A DNA stretch of 62,595 nucleotides, the filler included, from an uncultured Methanosarcinales archaeon (GTDB lineage: Archaea; Nanobdellota; Nanobdellia; Woesearchaeales; JABMPP01), in assembly GCA_964604995.1 (NCBI GenBank). It is 6 parts of 5 records of this genome, joined end to end, with 100 filler letters (N's around TTAATTAATTAA, not from the genome) between each part and the next. Parts side by side here need not be neighbours in the genome. Positions count along the whole stretch, not along the records: positions 14,833 to 45,263 come from CAZSAD010000020.1; 5 more parts are not named here. One strand, written 5' to 3'. Shown here in pieces: positions 22,750-32,531 of this stretch. Made by a program: the position numbers and the translations under genes. The first letter of the stretch is position 1. Every line of letters begins with the position of its first letter. The notes under the pieces were generated by a model. It was not told the DNA's origin. It did no database searches and worked only from the letters and a program-made list of their open reading frames with translations.

Positions 22750-23079
22750 TCAAACTGATTCCTGTTCAAATTTTTTGATTATAATATCGACGCATTTTTC
22801 CACATTTTTACTTGCATTTTTTTCAAGTTGTGACGTTAATTTTAAACTTTCTGTTGTTATTGTCTTTGCTTCTTGTTCAATTAATTTTGTTTTTTCTTTT
22901 ATCTTTTGTTCTGATTGCGTTATAGATTGTGATTGTGCCTCTTTTAACATAGATTTAGATTTTGCCTTTGTATCTAATATAATTTTTTCTGCTTTTTTGT
23001 GTGATTCATTGATTATATCTTTAGCTTTTTCTTCGGCATTTCTTATTGAGTTTAATACTTTGTCTTCCATCCCACTCAC
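22750..23079 (-). CDS. atpH: A/V-type ATP synthase subunit H/G
   Basis: Short coiled coil IRNAEEKAKDII; first gene of the operon. Confidence 0.8.
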   Translation of the reverse strand: MSGMEDKVLNSIRNAEEKAKDIINESHKKAEKIILDTKAKSKSMLKEAQSQSITQSEQKIKEKTKLIEQEAKTITTESLKLTSQLEKNASKNVEKCVDIIIKKFEQESV

Positions 23080-23258
23080 CTTTTGATTAATTTTTTTATT
23101 ACTTGTTTTTAATATGTTCGTTTAATAAATTTAATTTGATTAGTTTTTATAATTTTTATATAGTTTGTTTAATGTTAACAATTTTTTATAGCTTTTAATT
23201 GTTAATATTCTGTTAATATTCCTTTATTTTTTAGGGGGATACCCTAACTATTATAAAG

Positions 23259-24206
23259 TTAGCGATGATTTTTGGTATAAAGTGTATTATTGTTGCTTTC
23301 AGTGCTTAATTTATCTTGTTTTTCATCAATCATTGAACTAACTGCCCAATCAAAAAGTACTTCTGAAATATTGGTTAACATTTGTTTAACTATTAATTTA
23401 CTATAACTGGACATATTCGAAGCATTGCTTGTTTTTATTGCATCTACTTTCTTAGCAAATAGGATTACATCTTTAGTATCTATCCATGCTTTATTGCTCG
23501 CTGCTATTTTTTCAAGTACTAAAAGTAAGGAATTTATACTATCTTCTACACTATCCATGAATTGTGTTTCTTTTTTCTCTATCAATAATAATTGATCAAC
23601 TGCCCTCTCTAAATCTTTTGATAATAAAGCAGTATAATGTAAATAAACAGTTTTAACACTACTAAGTTCAGTAAAGGTTAACCTATGAATTATTGATTTT
23701 TCTATCAGAAGTTTACTCCTATCTACTTCATCTTCATAGATATTAAGTAAATTTGAATCTCCACTTTTTTTTAGAAGTAATATCAAATTTTTTACTTTTC
23801 TAATCATTGTTTTCAAAAGTGAAATAGGGTCATCAATTGTTATACTAGATTCGCAACTAAGATGTTTCCCATCATATTCAACCATTGCTATACTAAGTAA
23901 TTTTTTTTGATCTAGCATTTTTTCTATATCAACTGGTTTTGTTAAATTTATCTTAAAAGAAGAAGTTGGATTGATATATGCAGCAACTAATAATTTGTTT
24001 ATAATAAATAAGTCATCTTCATTTAAATCTATATTGAGTGGGCTTAATTTTTTTTCAGTAATATGTGGAAAAACCCCAAGAGAACCATCATTATTGTTTA
24101 GTAAAGTTACTTTAGAATTTGATTTTATGTTGTATTTTCTACACCACGATGTAGGTAAATAAACATAAAACATGTTACCTGTTTTTTGTACATTTCTAAT
24201 ATCCAT
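23259..24206 (-). CDS. AbrB-PhoU fusion, phosphate uptake regulator-like
   Basis: MDIRNVQKTG..VYLPTSW AbrB motif; EDEVDR and LERAVDQ PhoU-like helices. Confidence 0.75.
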   Translation of the reverse strand: MDIRNVQKTGNMFYVYLPTSWCRKYNIKSNSKVTLLNNNDGSLGVFPHITEKKLSPLNIDLNEDDLFIINKLLVAAYINPTSSFKINLTKPVDIEKMLDQKKLLSIAMVEYDGKHLSCESSITIDDPISLLKTMIRKVKNLILLLKKSGDSNLLNIYEDEVDRSKLLIEKSIIHRLTFTELSSVKTVYLHYTALLSKDLERAVDQLLLIEKKETQFMDSVEDSINSLLLVLEKIAASNKAWIDTKDVILFAKKVDAIKTSNASNMSSYSKLIVKQMLTNISEVLFDWAVSSMIDEKQDKLSTESNNNTLYTKNHR

Positions 24207-24302
24207 ATATGGTAGTATTTGGTAGGTATTTATAAACATATGTTTTAAAGATATAGTGTATGTTTTGAATACTTTAAACAATTTTTGAGAACTTAGAATT
24301 AA

Positions 24303-25379
24303 TTAACTATAATTTAATTTGTATCTAAGAATTGCACCTATCCCCCCTAGCCCATCTAATTTTTTACCAGCATCGTTCTCCCCACTAATTATGGTAACAT
24401 CTCCTCGCATTGATTCAACTTGTTTCATTACTTTTTCAATTCTATAATAATTGTTATTTGCTCTTGTTTTTTGAATAAATATATCTGTTAAAAGCAACCT
24501 TTCTATTGCACCTGCTTCTGCTACTTCTAAAACCTCCAAAAGACCATATGCAGCATTTGCACTTTTAGATATTTCCAAGAATAGTTGTTCAACAAGCACT
24601 GCTTCTTTAGTTGCTCTATCTTTTTTCATAACTTGTTTGATTTCATCTCTTTTTAATACTTCATCTATTGCATTTTTGGTTACTGATGAACATGTTGCTG
24701 TAAAAATTTTCTTTTTAAGTTCATGATTCTTAAGAAATTTCATAAAATTATCTTTCCAAAAAGATGGACTTGCAATGATTATATTATCAAGATTGTACCT
24801 TTTATTGTATTCCTCGAGGGAGGTTATTATTTGAGAATAAAAATCATCTCCTCCTTTTTGAACAGTTCCATTAACTTTTTTTTCCACATTCCCCAAAAAT
24901 CCAGATAGAATTTCATATCCATATTTTTTCATTAACGCAAATATTACTTCTTCTCTATCAAAAATGCAAATAAGAATGGTTGGAGCTTTTTCATCTGCTG
25001 CTTCGTTCAATCTATCTAATTGAAATTTTGGCCACCTTTCTTTGATAATAGTAATTATAGTACCTTCTTCAATATCAAAAGTATGATAGCTTCCTTTTGG
25101 TACATCGTCGGTTCCTTCACTAACTGTTCCACTTATTCTTAATTGATTTGTGTATTTATGAAACTCTACTTTTTCTACAATAATAGATAAGAATATGAGT
25201 CGTTTTTCTGAAGAAGAGTTTTCATCTGATATCCCTGTGCCAGTTTTGATTTTCCTTAATGTTTTTCCCTGCACAATATCTTTTGGGTCAACAACTTGAC
25301 TTAAATACCATAAATCATCAGGATTTTCCATCCTAATTTTTATTTCCCCTTGTTTTAGATTAAAATGTATAATTTTCAT
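24303..25379 (-). CDS. pelA: Pelota/Dom34 ribosome rescue factor
   Basis: DDLWYL, LRISG, GSYHT, LDGLGGIGAILRY. Confidence 0.96.
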   Translation of the reverse strand: MKIIHFNLKQGEIKIRMENPDDLWYLSQVVDPKDIVQGKTLRKIKTGTGISDENSSSEKRLIFLSIIVEKVEFHKYTNQLRISGTVSEGTDDVPKGSYHTFDIEEGTIITIIKERWPKFQLDRLNEAADEKAPTILICIFDREEVIFALMKKYGYEILSGFLGNVEKKVNGTVQKGGDDFYSQIITSLEEYNKRYNLDNIIIASPSFWKDNFMKFLKNHELKKKIFTATCSSVTKNAIDEVLKRDEIKQVMKKDRATKEAVLVEQLFLEISKSANAAYGLLEVLEVAEAGAIERLLLTDIFIQKTRANNNYYRIEKVMKQVESMRGDVTIISGENDAGKKLDGLGGIGAILRYKLNYS

Positions 25380-25496
25380 ATTAGTTAATTCGAAACTTAT
25401 TTATATATAAACTTATTTAGTGTACTCATTAAAAAGAAGCAAATAAAGGAAAATAAATATATATCAAAATAATACATTAATAATAGAGAATAACAA

Positions 25497-26690
25497 ATGA
25501 TGTTCCATATGAATTCCAAAAAAGGTCAATCTGGTGGTAGTGCTGCCACACTTGTAGCTGTAATTGCGTTGCTTATAGTATTATATATACTGTTTTTACC
25601 TCCAGATGTTAGAGAGGATTTGTTAAAGGATAATAAAAGTTCAACAAGTTCAAATTCTGGTTATGTTGTAACTAATCTATTAAAGGAATCTCCTGGAAGA
25701 TTAGAAGAACTATCACAACTTGAAATTGAACATAATTTACCATCAATAAATTTATTTTCATTAACTGGTGCAAAAGTAATAAAGAAAGTTAGCAACATAT
25801 ATGTAAAAAATGGGATCTTCGATCAAAAAAGTGAAAAAGTTACATTTTCAGTTACTGATTTTCAAAACACAAATAACATCATACTTTCATTTTCAATAAA
25901 ACAAGCTAGTGGTAATTTGATAATTAAATTAAATGACCAAGAAATTTACAATAAAGAAATTACCTCAAAAAATATTGCCCCAATAGAACTACAAAAAGAA
26001 GCATTATCAGAGCAAAACACATTAGAATTTAGTGTATCTGATGTGGGTGCAAGATTTTGGAGAACAAATGAATATTCAATCGATAATATTCAAATTACTG
26101 CTGATGTAACAGATGTTACTGCCCAAGAAAGCAAAAATGTCTTTGTAGTTTCACAAACTGAAAAACATAATTTAGAGAATGTTAAATTAAGATTCTTCGC
26201 CGATTGTGTCCCTGGAGATGTTGGAATTCTTGAATTATATATTAATAATCACCAAATATTTTCAAGTGTACCTGATTGTGGAATTTTAAGACCAATTGAA
26301 TTTTCACCAACATATATTGAAAATGGAGAAAATAAAATAGTGTTTAGAACTACCAAAGGAAAGTATTTAATTGATCAAATAACAGTTACAACAAAGCTTA
26401 AAGATATTGTTTTCCCATCTTATTATTTTGAAATTGATAATGACCAGTTTGCAGACATAACTGATAATATCAATGATGTAAATTTAACTCTTAAATTTAT
26501 TGATAATCAAGAGATTAAAAGAGGAAAAATATTTGTGAATGGAAAAACTATGGCAATCAACACTGATAAATCAATATTTTCAAGAAATATTGATAGTTAT
26601 GTTGAAGAAGGCCAAAATGGAATAAAAGTTGAACCTGATAAAACAGTTCTAGATATAATTGAATTAAGTGTTGATATTGTAAAACACTAA
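25497..26690 (+). CDS. Surface protein with class III (pilin-like) signal peptide and repeated beta-rich domains
   Basis: SKKG/QSGGSAATLVAVIALLIVLYILFLPP; three ...L..N..(EI/QI)...EN.. units. Confidence 0.7.
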   Translation: MMFHMNSKKGQSGGSAATLVAVIALLIVLYILFLPPDVREDLLKDNKSSTSSNSGYVVTNLLKESPGRLEELSQLEIEHNLPSINLFSLTGAKVIKKVSNIYVKNGIFDQKSEKVTFSVTDFQNTNNIILSFSIKQASGNLIIKLNDQEIYNKEITSKNIAPIELQKEALSEQNTLEFSVSDVGARFWRTNEYSIDNIQITADVTDVTAQESKNVFVVSQTEKHNLENVKLRFFADCVPGDVGILELYINNHQIFSSVPDCGILRPIEFSPTYIENGENKIVFRTTKGKYLIDQITVTTKLKDIVFPSYYFEIDNDQFADITDNINDVNLTLKFIDNQEIKRGKIFVNGKTMAINTDKSIFSRNIDSYVEEGQNGIKVEPDKTVLDIIELSVDIVKH

Positions 26691-26844
26691 ACATAAGAAT
26701 AATAGATATAAATAATATAATTTGATTGTTTTTTCTATATGAAGAAAAATATATATACCCGATAGTATAAAGCTTATTTGGATTAGTGATAACCCTAATT
26801 ATTTAATAGTTTAAAAAAAAGAATTTGTCATAAAAAGAGGAATT

Positions 26845-27165
26845 ATGAAATCCAAAAAAGTAGATATTGATTCCAACAATAAGGATGTCTTGCTGAAAAA
26901 TAATCAAATGCCTTTATCTTGGATTTGGAATGAAAAAGATTACGATCTTGTTGATAAACTAAAAGAAGTAGAGCATTCTATGGTTGAGTTTTATTATTAT
27001 GGATATCCAGATCAACATGCAGGTTCAATTAATTTATCTTTAAGAAAAGAAATGGATAGAAACCATAGGATCTTGCAATATGATGAAAAACTAAATCAAA
27101 TTCAAAGTTTGTTAGAAAAACATGAACAAGAGTTAACAATTAATAAAGAGGAATATAATGAGTGA
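26845..27165 (+). CDS. Hypothetical protein
   Basis: 106-aa ORF with GAGG RBS; overlaps the start of the next gene. Confidence 0.6.
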   Translation: MKSKKVDIDSNNKDVLLKNNQMPLSWIWNEKDYDLVDKLKEVEHSMVEFYYYGYPDQHAGSINLSLRKEMDRNHRILQYDEKLNQIQSLLEKHEQELTINKEEYNE

Positions 27166-29914
27166 AGATAGAGCTGGCATTACAGAAATTAATGCCAACA
27201 CAATAATTGTAAATGCTAACAAAGTGGAAAATAGTGGGAGTAATAAAGAAAATGAAGGAGAAAAAAATAATACTGAGAAAACTAAAGAAAAGAAAAGAGG
27301 AAAAATTGGCACAGCTAAAGATAAGTCTGTTGCTTGGATGAAAAATAAATGGTCTAAAATTGTAAATGCTAACAAAGTAGAAAATGCTGAAATTAATAAA
27401 GAAGACTTAAAAAAATACAGAGAAAAAATGGAAGAAGTTTCATATAAACAACGTATGAAAGAATATGATGCAGTAAAAAGAAACCAAGAAAAAGTGAAAA
27501 TTCAAAATCCGGCTCCTGGAAATCAACAAAAGACTTACGACGTAATTAAAGGACTAAAAAAAGGAGATATGGAAAAAGGTGTAATAGAACCAAAGAAAAG
27601 AGGCAAAATTAGCTCAGCTAAAGATAAGTCTGTTGCTTGGATGAAAAATAAATGGTCTAATAAAGGTGCGGCTGTAGATCATGTAAGAAACAATTGGTTA
27701 GTATATTTGGGGTTTGTTAAATTAGCAGTTGATTATTTTATTAATAATATGTCTGTTAATGTCGCATTTTCTTTTGTAATTATGTTTGTTGTACTTATTG
27801 GATATTTTAAAATTCTTAAACCTTCTACAGCAGGAGAAAAAATATCTCAGCTTTTTGTTACAGTTATAATTTTCTTATTTGATACAAGAATAGCTACCAA
27901 ATTAATTTTACAGTTTCCATTTTTACACAACCCCGAATTTGCTCCAAACATTTTTGGTGTGCAAATCCCAATTTATATTATTGGATATATAATAGTTAAT
28001 TTTTATGCTTATATTGCCTGGTGGTCAATACTTGGTTTTTATACTAGTACAAAAAACTCTAAATTAAAGGGATTTTTATTCTTTTTATATATATTATTGA
28101 TGTGTTATTTTATTATTAGTATTATAGGGCAAACTGGTTTATTTAATACAATTATTCAAGAGGGAAAAGATGCAACTAAGCAACTTGAAACTCAAAAAGA
28201 TACCAATCAAATATCATTTAAAGAATCGATTACAACCCAATTAGATAGAATATGGGAATGTACTAAAGGAAATACAACTCAATGTGAATTAATTGGAACT
28301 CCAGTTACAAAACCTGGTAGTGGAACAGGAAAAGATACAACAAAAGATTTAATTTTATTAAATGGTGGCATTGATGATAAAATGCTCCAGCGTCTTGTTT
28401 TGAAAATTACTGCACTTAAAAATGCACCTTCTAATTATTGGGAAAAAGAAGTTGTTGCATCAGCATCTTTAGAAGCAAGCGCATCTACAAGGGATATATT
28501 GATTGATACAGAATGTGGTCTTAAAACAGTAAAAAATTCAAAAGAGTATTATGTTCCAAACAGTGGGAAAATAACTCCCTCCCAAATTAATGTCAATCAT
28601 CAAAATATTATTGGAACATATGAACAATTAACATGTAGAATAACTGCTCCTAAGGATTTAAAAACAGGAAGCAATATAGTTTATTTCAAAGCTAAAGTTA
28701 CAAATCAACTAGAAATGAATTCTTACATTATTGCATATTTTATAAAAGAAGAAGAACTGATGGGTCAACTTAATTATTATTTGTTAACTGACCCAAGCAG
28801 AAAAGAAAATTTTCTATCGACTAGAAACTCTAAAGGAATAGCGCAAGCGCAAAAAGAGGTATATGCCAATTTGTTCAAGAGCATATTAAATAATGATTAT
28901 CCTGATGGAAAAGTTGAATCAAAATCTGAAGCAGGATTTATAAAAACTATAATTACAATAGGTGAAACCCCCATAATTGCAGTACAAAAAGGATCCTTAG
29001 TCAATTTGCAAATTACAGTTGAAAATATGATTGAACAAGGCAAAATAGTAGATGTAAAAAAAGGAACTGTTGAAGTGCCTTCTTGGCTAATCCCAGTTGA
29101 TGATAAATGTGAAATATTACAAAAAAATAAAGCTACAACTCCATCAGATGGAAGAATGATTTATCCAATAAATCCCTCATATATTAACTCACCAAAAATT
29201 AAATGGTCAAATGTTAAATATGGTAAAGAAAATCAAAAACAATTAACACCTTGTACATTTAAAGTTGATGAAGATCCAACAAATCCTGAAATGTTATATA
29301 ATCAAAATACTTTGAATCCAAAAATAATTAATGTTAAATTAGGATATGATTATGAACTTGAAGCACTTGGAACTTTGGAATTAAGTGAAGGAGATATAAC
29401 TAAAGTTGGAAAATTTACAACTAATTCTGACCAATTCAATGAAGGATTAACTGAACCATTAGTGGATAGTTCAATTAGTGAAAATAATATTGGTGGATTT
29501 GGTGAACCTGGAATTTTAGGAAAGAAAAGAGAAGGAGTAATTATATCGACAACTGAAGGAACAAAAGTTTATTCTGCAACAGGCGGAAAAGTTGTAGAAA
29601 CTGGTTGCCTTGATTGGGCAGGAAATTATATTAAAATTGAATATAAAGGATTTGTTTTTATGTACAGTCACTTAAAAAATATTACCATACCACAAGATAG
29701 CTATGTACAAGCTGGCACAGAAATAGGTGAAGCTGGAAAAACTGCCCTGTGTAAACCTGGATGTGATCCCACAAAAGAACTATGTGGATTGCAATCAAAT
29801 ATGGAACCAAGATTACATTTTGGGATTTATGAATATATGAATGGCCCCCCACTTGACCCATATTGTGCAATTATGAAAACATATGGATTTAGTAGCAATA
29901 AATGTAATGCATAA
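27158..29914 (+). CDS. Multi-pass membrane protein with C-terminal degenerate M23/LytM domain
   Basis: About 5 TM helices; GTKVYSATGGKV, GNYIKI, MYSHL, VQAGTEIGEAGKT, PRLHF, LDP. Confidence 0.85.
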   Translation: MSEDRAGITEINANTIIVNANKVENSGSNKENEGEKNNTEKTKEKKRGKIGTAKDKSVAWMKNKWSKIVNANKVENAEINKEDLKKYREKMEEVSYKQRMKEYDAVKRNQEKVKIQNPAPGNQQKTYDVIKGLKKGDMEKGVIEPKKRGKISSAKDKSVAWMKNKWSNKGAAVDHVRNNWLVYLGFVKLAVDYFINNMSVNVAFSFVIMFVVLIGYFKILKPSTAGEKISQLFVTVIIFLFDTRIATKLILQFPFLHNPEFAPNIFGVQIPIYIIGYIIVNFYAYIAWWSILGFYTSTKNSKLKGFLFFLYILLMCYFIISIIGQTGLFNTIIQEGKDATKQLETQKDTNQISFKESITTQLDRIWECTKGNTTQCELIGTPVTKPGSGTGKDTTKDLILLNGGIDDKMLQRLVLKITALKNAPSNYWEKEVVASASLEASASTRDILIDTECGLKTVKNSKEYYVPNSGKITPSQINVNHQNIIGTYEQLTCRITAPKDLKTGSNIVYFKAKVTNQLEMNSYIIAYFIKEEELMGQLNYYLLTDPSRKENFLSTRNSKGIAQAQKEVYANLFKSILNNDYPDGKVESKSEAGFIKTIITIGETPIIAVQKGSLVNLQITVENMIEQGKIVDVKKGTVEVPSWLIPVDDKCEILQKNKATTPSDGRMIYPINPSYINSPKIKWSNVKYGKENQKQLTPCTFKVDEDPTNPEMLYNQNTLNPKIINVKLGYDYELEALGTLELSEGDITKVGKFTTNSDQFNEGLTEPLVDSSISENNIGGFGEPGILGKKREGVIISTTEGTKVYSATGGKVVETGCLDWAGNYIKIEYKGFVFMYSHLKNITIPQDSYVQAGTEIGEAGKTALCKPGCDPTKELCGLQSNMEPRLHFGIYEYMNGPPLDPYCAIMKTYGFSSNKCNA
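27289..27660 (+). repeat. Intragenic 69-bp direct repeat (27289-27357 and 27592-27660)
   Basis: 3 mismatches; encodes KKRGKI(GT/SS)AKDKSVAWMKNKWS. Confidence 0.95.
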
Positions 29915-29963
29915 AAATATAAACCGTAATAGGAATAAAAATAGAAAATAATATGAATAAAAA

Positions 29964-31211
29964 ATGAGAATAAAAAATCAAATAGAAAGAAAATTGGATA
30001 CCTTGAAATTTTCAAAAAATTATCTTTTTGTTTTGTTAGTGATACTTTCTTTTTTTTTAACTTCTTGTTCAAGTAGTCAAGGTGGAGTAATTAGAACTGA
30101 CATACATCAAGGAACTGAAGGATTAAATTTAGCTTTTGTAAAAACAATGCCTCCAACTGATATAACCGATGGAACAACTTTTCAAATAGGAATAGAACTA
30201 AGAAATAAAGGAACTGAAAAAATCGAAGAAGGATATTTGACTTTAATAAATTATTATCCTGAAGAGATGTTTCTAAAAGATGAAAGCAAAACAAAGAATT
30301 TTGACCTCGAAGGGAAAAGTATCTATAATATAGATGGTGGTTTTGATCTTGTTACATACACTATTGAAAATAAAGGAATTCCTGTTAAACAAAAATTAGA
30401 CTCTAATTTTTTATTTAAAGTATTAGCTTGCTATAAATATAAAACTCTTGCAAGTGTTAATGTATGTATAAAACCAAAAGCATCTGGGTTTTTACCAGCT
30501 AAAGATATTTGTAATGTGGAAGATGTGAGCATATCAAATGGCCAAGGTGGGCCTCTTGCAGTAACAAAAGTTGAGCAATCCATACTTCCAAAAACAGATG
30601 ATCAAACTGGCAAAATTATTTATTCTGCAGTTTATAAAATACTGCTTGAAAATAAAGGAAAAGGTATGCTAATTGATCCTAATTATTATAAAAAAGAATG
30701 TATGCAAGAATCTTATAGAAAAGAAGGTGCAATAAATACTCTTCAAGATTCAAATATGCAAGTAACCTTATCAAATACTCCTTTAGTTTGTTCACCAGTA
30801 TCTCAAATGCCAAATAGTGAAGCATTTTATTTAGTTTGTAACGCACAATTAGGCGAACTAAAAGAGGGTTATAGTACACCACTTATAATAAATGTCGAAT
30901 ATGGGTATATAACTCAAGAAATTGAAACAACCGTTTTTGTTAAAAAAATGACTCAAAATATGATATGTGAAAGAGAAAAATGCCTCGATAAAAAAACAGG
31001 CGTTTGTGAATTATATGGTGGGGAAAATTATCAAGCATCACCAAGCTGTAATATTGATCAAGTTTGCTGTTTTGAAAGCATAGATAGATGTGGGAGAGAT
31101 TTTGGAAATCAAGGATTTACATGCAAACAAAAAGAAGGATGTAATCCTAATTTTATATTAGAAGGATATTGTCCAGGTAGCAGTGGAGATGTTTGCTGTA
31201 AAAGTAAATAA
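29964..31211 (+). CDS. Putative lipoprotein (paralog 1) with Cys-rich C-terminal modules
   Basis: Lipobox-like LTSC; CYKYKTLASVNVCI, GQGGP, EYGY; 12-Cys tail. Confidence 0.75.
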   Translation: MRIKNQIERKLDTLKFSKNYLFVLLVILSFFLTSCSSSQGGVIRTDIHQGTEGLNLAFVKTMPPTDITDGTTFQIGIELRNKGTEKIEEGYLTLINYYPEEMFLKDESKTKNFDLEGKSIYNIDGGFDLVTYTIENKGIPVKQKLDSNFLFKVLACYKYKTLASVNVCIKPKASGFLPAKDICNVEDVSISNGQGGPLAVTKVEQSILPKTDDQTGKIIYSAVYKILLENKGKGMLIDPNYYKKECMQESYRKEGAINTLQDSNMQVTLSNTPLVCSPVSQMPNSEAFYLVCNAQLGELKEGYSTPLIINVEYGYITQEIETTVFVKKMTQNMICEREKCLDKKTGVCELYGGENYQASPSCNIDQVCCFESIDRCGRDFGNQGFTCKQKEGCNPNFILEGYCPGSSGDVCCKSK

Positions 31212-31278
31212 AAAATAAAATTAAATAAAAAATAAGAATATTGAGAAAAGTTTATATAACAGCTAAAACTAAACAGAA

Positions 31279-32370
31279 GTGATGAGAATTAGAAACTTAA
31301 ATATTTATACAAACAAAAAGATTTACTCCAAAATATTGGTGGTATTTTCTTTATTTTTGAGTCTAATTATTACAAGTTCTTGCAGTGGAATAAGTCAGTG
31401 GCCATCATTTGGTGGGAAAGATGGTCAAACTGGAAATTCTGATACTCCATTCTCAACAAAAGTACATACTGGTTTGTATGGCATTGAAGCAAAATTTGTA
31501 GCAAATCAGCCCCAAAATACAGTTTATTATACTGGAAATGCACTTAATTTTCCAATTATGTTAGAAGTAAGAAACAGAGGAGCAACAACTGTTGATGCAA
31601 ATGGTCCTAATAAAGGATATGTGTATCTTTCAGGATATGACCCAAATATTATTCAATCATCAATAATCCAACCAAGAAATTCAGTTAATAATAAATATAT
31701 ACCTTTGGTGGGCCTTGACGCTGTTTCGAATTTTAATCCTGAAGGAGGATATACTGTAGTTGAATTTAATAATATTATTTTACCATCAAGTTGGCCACAT
31801 GGAACTGATGTATATGAACCAACATTTAGAGCAACAGTTTGTTATGATTATGAAACAACTGCAACCCCCATTCTTTGCATTGATCCACATCCTTTCTCAT
31901 CACTAGATGAGAAAAAAATATGTAGAATAAGAAATGTTGCACTTGCAGGTGGCCAAGGTGGACCAATTGAAATTACATCTGTTGATGAAGAAGCAGCTGA
32001 ATCTACAATGTACATTAAAATCCATATATCAAATTCACAAGTATCAGGTACTGTTTTTGACAGTGCATATATAAATCCGGATAATGGAATGGGATCGTGC
32101 CCTAATTTATTGTATAACTGGATAAATAAAGTAGATTACACTCCACCTTATTTCCAAGGATCAGGTACTGGGAATGCTCCTGAACTTAAAAATTGTAAGC
32201 CAGAATCTCCATTAAGATTAGTTGATGGAAAAGCTACAATATTTTGTGAATTTAATGTACCATCAGGAGTAGCTAGTGCTTATGAAACTCCACTTAATAT
32301 TAAACTTAAGTATGGTTATATGACATATGAAGAGAAAAAAATAACTATAAAAAATGCAGAAAGCTCTTAA
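31279..32370 (+). CDS. Putative lipoprotein (paralog 2)
   Basis: TSSC; CYDYETTATPILCI, GQGGP, YETPLNIKLKYGY. Confidence 0.75.
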   Translation: MMRIRNLNIYTNKKIYSKILVVFSLFLSLIITSSCSGISQWPSFGGKDGQTGNSDTPFSTKVHTGLYGIEAKFVANQPQNTVYYTGNALNFPIMLEVRNRGATTVDANGPNKGYVYLSGYDPNIIQSSIIQPRNSVNNKYIPLVGLDAVSNFNPEGGYTVVEFNNIILPSSWPHGTDVYEPTFRATVCYDYETTATPILCIDPHPFSSLDEKKICRIRNVALAGGQGGPIEITSVDEEAAESTMYIKIHISNSQVSGTVFDSAYINPDNGMGSCPNLLYNWINKVDYTPPYFQGSGTGNAPELKNCKPESPLRLVDGKATIFCEFNVPSGVASAYETPLNIKLKYGYMTYEEKKITIKNAESS

Positions 32371-32531
32371 AAAATAAAAAAGAGGATTGTTCTATTTCGT
32401 TCGAGTGTAAAATAAAAAAATTTATATACAGATATGTCATCAAGTTGCTATAATATGAGTATTATATAATAACAAAACCTTTTCAATTAATAAAAGGATT
32501 ATTTTTGTGGTAAAATATAGGAGGTAATAAA

